Part shown: in pieces, positions 8,432 through 14,653 of the stretch
Numbering within the stretch: position 1 is the stretch's first letter
How the letters are laid out: each line of letters begins with the position of its first letter
Assembly (NCBI GenBank): GCA_903872345.1
Contig: CAIQKM010000017.1
Coordinates: 15,690 to 79,689 of the forward strand
Length of the DNA: 64,000 nucleotides
Direction: 5' to 3'
DNA from: an uncultured Verrucomicrobia subdivision 3 bacterium
Lineage (GTDB): Bacteria > Verrucomicrobiota > Verrucomicrobiia > Limisphaerales > UBA11358
Translations under genes and position numbers: made by a program
Notes under the pieces: generated by a model
What the model saw: only the letters and a program-made list of their open reading frames with translations
Databases searched by the model: none
What the model was told of the DNA's origin: nothing

Positions 8432-9796
8432 ATGAAAAAGCATATGAAAACCAGCCGCTGGATGACCGGTCTCGTCGCCGTGGGTTGCGCCGCCGGCATG
8501 GGCGCCGCCCCCCGCGCCGCCGCCGAAGTGAGCCAGGCCGACTTCGATTCCCTTAAGGATCTCGTCCTCAAATTGAGCGACCAGGTGCAAAGCCTGCGCC
8601 AGACCAACCAGCTCGAACAGCAGTTGCACGAGCAGGATGTGCAGCAGATCCAGCAGCTTCAGGCCAAGCTGGCCGAAACCTCGCGCACCGCCACCGATGC
8701 CCAGCAAAAAGCCGTCGCCGCCTCCCAGACCGCGCCCATGCCCCGCGTGCCCATTGACGAGGCCACCGTCAACCACAACTTCCAGATTCTCGGCGATGCC
8801 GAAGTGCAGTACGCCAAAACCTCCGGCCAGAACGGCTCGTTCGTCATGGCTGATTTCGCCCCCATCTTCCTCTATCGTGGCGGCGACAACGTCCTGTTCG
8901 AGTCCGGCTTTGACTTCATTCTGCAGAACAATCCGCAGAACAGCAATCCGGCCACCCCCGGGGCCACCACCACCGTCAATCTCAGCTTCGCGCAACTCGA
9001 TTACGTGATAAATGATTACCTGACGCTCTGCGCCGGGAATCTCCTCCTGCCGCTGGGCACCTACAGCGAACGCAGTGCCGGCTGGCTGAATAAGTTTCCG
9101 GACAGCCCCTTGGCGCGCGGTTTTGTCCCCGGCAACGGTGTCGGCGCCGAATTGCGCGGCGCGGCTCCCCTTGGCGAATCCGGTGCCTTGTTAAATTACG
9201 CCGTCTATGGCGTGAATGGTCCCAGTTCTTCCGACAACACCGGCCAGGCCGGTTCCCTGGATCTGGGTGGCAACGTCGGCCTGCGCTCCGACAATGTGGT
9301 TGCCAACCTGCATGGCAATCCCACCGGCGGCGGTCGCGTAGCCGTGTTTGTGCCCTTCAAGCCCCATTACGACTTGGAACTCGGCCTCTCCGCCCAGTCC
9401 GGCGAATGGGACAATGCCGGCCAGCATCTCTGGACCGCCGGCGTGGCCGATGCCACCCTCCACCTCGGCCCCAACCTCGAAGCCAAGGGCGAATACATCG
9501 TGTCCCGCTACGGCAGCGATGATCTCGGGAACGTCACCCAGCAGGGCTGGTGGGCGCAGGTCGGCTACAAATTGGCCGGTTTGAATCTGGAATTTCCCGG
9601 CATCAACAACCTCGAACTCGTCGGCCGCTACGATTCCGTTCGCGATGGCATGGGCGGCTCCACCCAGCGAACCAGCTTCGGCGGGGTGTATTACATTTCC
9701 AACGCGTTGCTGTTTGAAGGCGCCTACGAGTTCCTGCACAGCACCGATCCCACCCAGGCCGACCAGATTATCCTGCAGCTTTCCTACGGATTCTAA
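8432..9796 (+). CDS. outer-membrane beta-barrel porin with N-terminal coiled coil
   Basis: Signal peptide, then a Q/L-rich heptad-like stretch (about residues 35-95). The remainder alternates in a Gly/aromatic-rich pattern and ends ...LQLSYGF, the terminal aromatic typical of OMPs. Confidence 0.6.
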   Translation: MKKHMKTSRWMTGLVAVGCAAGMGAAPRAAAEVSQADFDSLKDLVLKLSDQVQSLRQTNQLEQQLHEQDVQQIQQLQAKLAETSRTATDAQQKAVAASQTAPMPRVPIDEATVNHNFQILGDAEVQYAKTSGQNGSFVMADFAPIFLYRGGDNVLFESGFDFILQNNPQNSNPATPGATTTVNLSFAQLDYVINDYLTLCAGNLLLPLGTYSERSAGWLNKFPDSPLARGFVPGNGVGAELRGAAPLGESGALLNYAVYGVNGPSSSDNTGQAGSLDLGGNVGLRSDNVVANLHGNPTGGGRVAVFVPFKPHYDLELGLSAQSGEWDNAGQHLWTAGVADATLHLGPNLEAKGEYIVSRYGSDDLGNVTQQGWWAQVGYKLAGLNLEFPGINNLELVGRYDSVRDGMGGSTQRTSFGGVYYISNALLFEGAYEFLHSTDPTQADQIILQLSYGF

Positions 9797-9841
9797 ACCA
9801 CCGATGCCTTTAGAAACTGATTAACCACCACAGGATCTGCC

Positions 9842-10642
9842 ATGCAACCCATTTCATTCTTAAATTCCCCGCGGATGCTGCGCGCGCTTGGTTGCGCCGC
9901 CGCCACCCTCATTGCCGGCGCCTCGGCTTTTGCGCAAACGCCGGCCGCGCCCGCCACGTCGCCCACCTACCTGCGCGATGTTCTGCCCATCTTCATGGGC
10001 AATTGCTCCCGCTGCCATAACGAGCAGTCCCGCTTCGTCTATAACTGGCTCGACTACAAAACCGCCTACGGCGACCGCTGGGAAATCCGCCGCCGCGTCT
10101 GGGACAGTTACAAGGGTTCCTATTACAAGGAAACCATGCCCATCGCCAACAGCCCCGAATCCATTTCCCTCACCGATGAGCAGCGCACCACCATTCGTCT
10201 CTGGGTGGAAAGCGGCGGCGCCCGCGGCGAAGTCTCCGCCGCCACCACCGCCAAATCCAAAACCGAACGGATTGACGCCGGCAAGAAACTGTTCACCTCC
10301 ATCTGTGCCGCCTGTCATCAGCCTTCCGGTCAGGGGTTGCCCAATGTCTTCCCGCCGCTCGCCGGCTCCGACTTCCTGAATGCGGACAAGAGCCGCGCCA
10401 TCAAGATCGTCATGGCCGGCCGCCAGGGCGAAGTCGTCGTCAATGGCACGAAATTCAACAACAACATGCCGGCGTTCCCGCTCGGCGACGAGGACATCGC
10501 CAACGTGTTGACCTTTGTTTACAACTCCTTCGGCAACTCCGGTCTCGAAGTGACCCCCGAGGAAGTCAAAACCGTCCGCGCCCAGCCCGCCGATACGACG
10601 GCGGCCCCCGCGCCCGCCCCCGTCAAAAGCAGCTTTGAATGA
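9842..10642 (+). CDS. dihaem c-type cytochrome
   Basis: Signal peptide and two CxxCH motifs (CSRCH, CAACH). The C-terminal half resembles class I cytochrome c (CAACHQPSGQG...FPPLAGS...NNNMPAF). Confidence 0.75.
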   Translation: MQPISFLNSPRMLRALGCAAATLIAGASAFAQTPAAPATSPTYLRDVLPIFMGNCSRCHNEQSRFVYNWLDYKTAYGDRWEIRRRVWDSYKGSYYKETMPIANSPESISLTDEQRTTIRLWVESGGARGEVSAATTAKSKTERIDAGKKLFTSICAACHQPSGQGLPNVFPPLAGSDFLNADKSRAIKIVMAGRQGEVVVNGTKFNNNMPAFPLGDEDIANVLTFVYNSFGNSGLEVTPEEVKTVRAQPADTTAAPAPAPVKSSFE

Positions 10643-10713
10643 GCGCCTGACGAACGGATAAATCAATCATCGAACTGCCTTGCTCCGAGTGGAGCAAATT
10701 GGTTCCGGCCCAG

Positions 10714-10750
10714 CCCCAGATGTGGAAACACATCTGGGGTTTGTTATTTT
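10714..10750 (+). terminator. Rho-independent terminator after the cytochrome/porin operon
   Basis: 11-bp perfect stem CCCCAGATGTG/CACATCTGGGG, GAAA loop, then TTTGTTATTTT. Confidence 0.8.
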
Positions 10751-10910
10751 CCGGACCGGGCGCACGTCCTCCAGGTTGGACCGCCCATGTCCAACCTCCT
10801 CCCTTAAGCTTGATCAAAAAGTAAGTTGGTTATCAATTGTGAACCATGCCCGGTGGCCTGCGGTAGCGTCGGCCAGCCGCCGCGTTCCCAATCGCCTTCG
10901 CCGTCACCAC

Positions 10911-10959
10911 CCAAAATCCAAAATCCAAAATCCAAAATCCAAAATCCGAGACCCGAGAC
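10911..10959 (+). repeat. tandem heptamer tract: (CCAAAAT)x5 then (CCGAGAC)x2
   Basis: Read directly from the sequence. Intergenic, about 355-400 nt upstream of the fused ECF sigma gene. Confidence 0.9.
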
Positions 10960-11142
10960 CCGCTTTCGCCCCCAATCCAAGTGAATCAAACCAAATCAAA
11001 CCACTCCAACCCGCCTGCCGCCACCCCTGGCGACTCAAATCCAGCCCCCGGCCCCGCCCGCCCGACCCACCGGGGCGGTCAGCCCGTCATTGCCGAATTC
11101 GTCCTGCTCAACATCGTTCCTCACCCCTTGCGCATTTACCTA

Positions 11143-11184
11143 AAAATCCCGGCAAATCCAGCCAAATCAAGGTAAATCAAGGTG
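11143..11184 (+). repeat. phased 10-bp AAATC units (AAAATCCCGGC / AAATCCAGCC / AAATCAAGGT / AAATCAAGGT)
   Basis: Read directly. A-tracts recur every 10-11 bp over about 4 helical turns. The last two units are identical to the 3341-3361 repeat. Confidence 0.75.
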
Positions 11185-11313
11185 TTTATAGGTGTCTATC
11201 CATTGAATTCCACCAGCCATCCCACCGCGATCAAACTGACCGGAGGAAATCAAAAACATCTTGGTGAAAATAGTTTGTCAGCTTTTTTCCTGACCGGCCA
11301 CCTATACGACGAT

Positions 11314-12945
11314 ATGATTACCTCACCACTTATGACTGTGGCAGCCAATAACGACGCCGAATTGGTCTGCGAAACTCTGGCCGGCAATCGCGAAGCCTTT
11401 GAGCGCATTGTCTCCCGGTATCAATCCCTCGTCTGTTCGCTGGCCTATAGCGCCACCGGCAACCTGGGCGAGAGCGAGGACCTGGCCCAGGAAACTTTCA
11501 TCACCGCCTGGAAACATCTGGGCCACCTCCGGGAGCGACATAAGCTCCGCCCCTGGCTCTGCGGCATCGCCCGCAACCGCATCAACAGCTTCCTCCGGCG
11601 CGAAGGCCGCGAACCCCTCCGGGAAGCCGAATCCTTGGAAACCGCCGCCGAATCCCATTCGGCCGAACCCGCTCCCGCCGAACAGGCCATCAGCCGCGAG
11701 GAAGAAGCCATCCTCTGGCGCTCCCTCGAAAAGATCCCCGAAACCTACCGCGAACCGCTCATCCTGTTCTATCGCGAGCAGCAATCCGCCGCCCGCGTGG
11801 CCGAGGCTCTGGATATCAGCGAAGACACTGTCCACCAGCGCCTTTCCCGGGGACGCAAGCTGCTCCAGCAGGAAATCCTCGGGTTCGTCGAAGGTGCCCT
11901 GAACCGCACCAACCCCGGCCGCGCCTTCACCTTGGGCGTCCTGGCCGCCTTGCCCGCCACCATGGTTTCCTCCGCCAAAGCCGCCGCCCTCAGCACCGCC
12001 GCCGCCAAGGGCGGGTTGACCGTCAAAGGTGCCGCCGCCGGCGGTCTGTTTGCCGCCATCTTCGGCGGCTTGCTCGTCTTTTTTGGCAACTATCTTGGCT
12101 ACCGGATGGGCTTGGATGAAGCCCATACCCCGGCCGAACAGAATCATGTAAAAGCTTTTTACCGGCGCATCGGCGTGGTGGTTGGCCTGGTCTTTCTGGC
12201 CTACGCCGCGCTGGTCCTCTCGCTCGGTCGTGCCCCGGCCGACCACATGTTCGTGCCCAGTCTTCTCATCAACGGCCTGATCGTCATATATCTGCTCGTC
12301 ACCTTCGCCTTTGTGCTGGCCACCACTCCGGGCCGCCGGAAATATTATCAGCAGCTCAACACCACTGAAGGTTCAGCCATGCCCGCCTATGAGTTCCGCA
12401 CCCGCGCTACCTTTCTGGGCCTCCCGTTGATCCACATCCGGATCGGTGATCGCTTTGACATCCTCCACGAACCCGTCCGGGCCTGGATTGCCGTGGCCAA
12501 CTATGCCATCGGTGGACTGTTCGCCTTCGGTGGCATGGCCACGGCCCCCGTGAGCATTGGATTTTGTGCGGTAGGATTGCTGCCTTTTGGGGGACTTGCC
12601 TTTGGTGCCGTTGCTTTGGGCGGGTTCGCCCTGGGTGGTTGGGCCTTTGGCGGACTGGCCATTGGCTGGCAATCGCTGGGCAGTCTGGCTCTCGCTTGGA
12701 ATGCCGCGTCCGGCAGTCTGGCGTTTGCCCATGACTTTGCGCTGGGACCGGTTGCCCGCGCAGCCCAGGCCAACACCGATGCCGTGCGCGATCTCATCCA
12801 TTCCAGCCTCTTTTTCCGCTGGGCCCAAATCGGCCTGAACCACGCCCTCTGGCTGAACCTTCTCTGGGTCACGCCGCTGTTTGTCCAATCACGGATCATC
12901 GCCCGTCGCGCCAAGCGGAAGGTGGTTCCGGCAACGGCCAAATGA
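11314..12945 (+). CDS. ECF sigma factor fused to a large polytopic membrane domain
   Basis: Region 2 (AFERIVSRYQSLVCSLAYSATGNLGESEDLAQETFITAWKHL) and region 4 (EQQSAARVAEALDISEDTVHQRLSRGRKLL) are followed by about 330 aa with multiple hydrophobic helices and Gly-zipper-like repeats. Start is taken at ATG 11314; the ORF opens at GTG 11182. Confidence 0.75.
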   Translation: MITSPLMTVAANNDAELVCETLAGNREAFERIVSRYQSLVCSLAYSATGNLGESEDLAQETFITAWKHLGHLRERHKLRPWLCGIARNRINSFLRREGREPLREAESLETAAESHSAEPAPAEQAISREEEAILWRSLEKIPETYREPLILFYREQQSAARVAEALDISEDTVHQRLSRGRKLLQQEILGFVEGALNRTNPGRAFTLGVLAALPATMVSSAKAAALSTAAAKGGLTVKGAAAGGLFAAIFGGLLVFFGNYLGYRMGLDEAHTPAEQNHVKAFYRRIGVVVGLVFLAYAALVLSLGRAPADHMFVPSLLINGLIVIYLLVTFAFVLATTPGRRKYYQQLNTTEGSAMPAYEFRTRATFLGLPLIHIRIGDRFDILHEPVRAWIAVANYAIGGLFAFGGMATAPVSIGFCAVGLLPFGGLAFGAVALGGFALGGWAFGGLAIGWQSLGSLALAWNAASGSLAFAHDFALGPVARAAQANTDAVRDLIHSSLFFRWAQIGLNHALWLNLLWVTPLFVQSRIIARRAKRKVVPATAK

Positions 12946-12988
12946 TCGCCACTGGAAAAAGCTCGTTATGGCTCCCAAGTTCGGCCCC

Positions 12989-14374
12989 TCAACCAATCTG
13001 GTCCGCCAGTTCCTCCGCCGGGTAAGTCCAGATTTCCGCCAGCGTGGGATGATAATGCGGCATTGCCGCCAGTTCCCGCACCGTCATCCGCTTGGCCATC
13101 GCCGCCACGATCTCATGAATCAGCTCGCCGCCCGATGGCCCCACGCATTCGCCGCCAATGATTTCGCCCGTCTTGGGATTGGCCAGCAGTTTAACAAACC
13201 CATCCTTGGCCTCCATCAGCAGCGACTTGCCATGGTCGTTGAACGGATAACTGGCCGCCCGAAACGGAATCTTCTGCGCCGCCGCCGCCTTTTCCGTCAG
13301 CCCCACAAAGGCCACCTGCGGATCGGTGAACACCACCGAGATGAGCAGCCGGTAATCCATTTCTCGGCGGGCCTTCGGCTTCAGAATATTGTGCCCTGCC
13401 ACCTCGCCCTGGGTCACCGCCAAGTGGACAATCTCATGCGGCCCCGCGCAGTCGCCCGCCGTAAAAATATGCGCGGCGCTCGTCTGCATCCCGGCGTTCG
13501 CCACAATGCGGCCGTGCTCCGTCTTCACCCCGGCGTTCTCCAGCCCCAACGACGCCGTGTTCGGCACCCGGCCCAGCGCGAACAGGATTTCCTCGGCGGA
13601 AACCGAAACCGTTTTTCCCTTCTGCTCGAACCGCACCGTCTTCCGTTTGCCCTGCCGCTGCGCATCCAGCAGCGTCGTGCCCGTATAAACCTCGACGCCT
13701 TCCCGGCGGAACACCGTTTCCACCACGGCCCCGGCATCCGCGTCAAATTCCCGCAAAATGCGCTCGCTCCGTTGGATCAGTGTCACCTTCACTCCAAAGC
13801 GCGCAAAGAACTGCGCAAACTCGCACGCAATCGCCCCGCCGCCCAGGATGATGAGCGACTTCGGCAACCGCTTCAGCCCCACCGCCTCATCGCTGGTAAT
13901 GAACCCCGCCTCGTTCAAGGCGGACAGCGGAGCCGGCGCGATGCGCGAGCCGGTGGCAATCACAAAATGTTTCGCCGTCAGCGTCTTCCCGTTATCCAGC
14001 CGCACCGTGTGCCGGTTCAGGAACGTGGCCTGGGCCCGGATGAACTTGAACTTGCCGCTGTTCAACTGCCGCTCCCGGTACCCGGCAAAATCCGCAATCT
14101 GCGCGCTCTTCCGCGCCATCACCGCTTTGAAATCAAACCCCACCTTGCCGGTCTTGATGCCCCAGGTGCGCGCGTGCTCGGCCAGATGCCTGACCTCCGC
14201 CGCATAGAGCAGCGCCTTCGTCGGCATGCAGCCGCGCAAAATGCACAGGCCGCCCACCTCGCGCCCGCCCTCGATCACCGCCGTTTTCAACCCCGCGCCC
14301 GCCACCGTCCGCGCGGCCGCATAACCGCCGCTGCCCCCGCCCAGAACCGCCACGTCAAAATCAAATGTTTGCAT
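12989..14374 (-). CDS. FAD-dependent pyridine nucleotide-disulfide oxidoreductase (dihydrolipoyl dehydrogenase family)
   Basis: GGGSGG FAD motif, redox-active CILRGC (CxxxxC), a second Rossmann fold (ILGGGAIACEF), and C-terminal HYHPTLAE (His-Glu dyad). Confidence 0.85.
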   Translation of the reverse strand: MQTFDFDVAVLGGGSGGYAAARTVAGAGLKTAVIEGGREVGGLCILRGCMPTKALLYAAEVRHLAEHARTWGIKTGKVGFDFKAVMARKSAQIADFAGYRERQLNSGKFKFIRAQATFLNRHTVRLDNGKTLTAKHFVIATGSRIAPAPLSALNEAGFITSDEAVGLKRLPKSLIILGGGAIACEFAQFFARFGVKVTLIQRSERILREFDADAGAVVETVFRREGVEVYTGTTLLDAQRQGKRKTVRFEQKGKTVSVSAEEILFALGRVPNTASLGLENAGVKTEHGRIVANAGMQTSAAHIFTAGDCAGPHEIVHLAVTQGEVAGHNILKPKARREMDYRLLISVVFTDPQVAFVGLTEKAAAAQKIPFRAASYPFNDHGKSLLMEAKDGFVKLLANPKTGEIIGGECVGPSGGELIHEIVAAMAKRMTVRELAAMPHYHPTLAEIWTYPAEELADQIG

Positions 14375-14480
14375 GTCCCCCCAGCATGGCCGACAAAATG
14401 GAATTATCAAATGCAACTTTTCGCCGGACGCACTGTCGCACTGTTCTTGAAGTTACGCCGGCTGCCAGCCGGGTGTGTCG

Positions 14481-14559
14481 CGGATTGCCAATCCGCCGGG
14501 CGTGGCACGCGCAAGAGATATGATATAGGCACGACCACCCGCTGCCGATTGCCAATCGG
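14481..14559. repeat. two copies of the near-palindrome (C)GATTGCCAATC(G), 64 bp apart
   Basis: cggattgccaatccg (14481-14495) and ccgattgccaatcgg (14545-14559), in the gap between the kinase and the disulfide reductase genes. Confidence 0.7.
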
Positions 14560-14653
14560 GGTGGGGACGGCTCGTCGCCACAGCCCTCGTTTTGATCCCG
14601 CTCCCCCGGAGCAATTAAATCTCGCTCCATGCCTCTGCCCCAAGTCCCCAAGA

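Noticed and set aside
10911-10959. Possible CRISPR array
   Set aside because: The units are 7 bp and directly abutting, with no spacers. No cas genes lie in the window, and no other regularly spaced 25-40-bp repeats were seen anywhere.
10680-11267. 195-aa ORF containing KSKIQNPKSKIQNPKSKI
   Set aside because: The peptide repeat is simply the translation of the CCAAAAT heptamer tract. The rest is Pro/Arg/Ser-rich without coding character. I treat it as intergenic repeat DNA.
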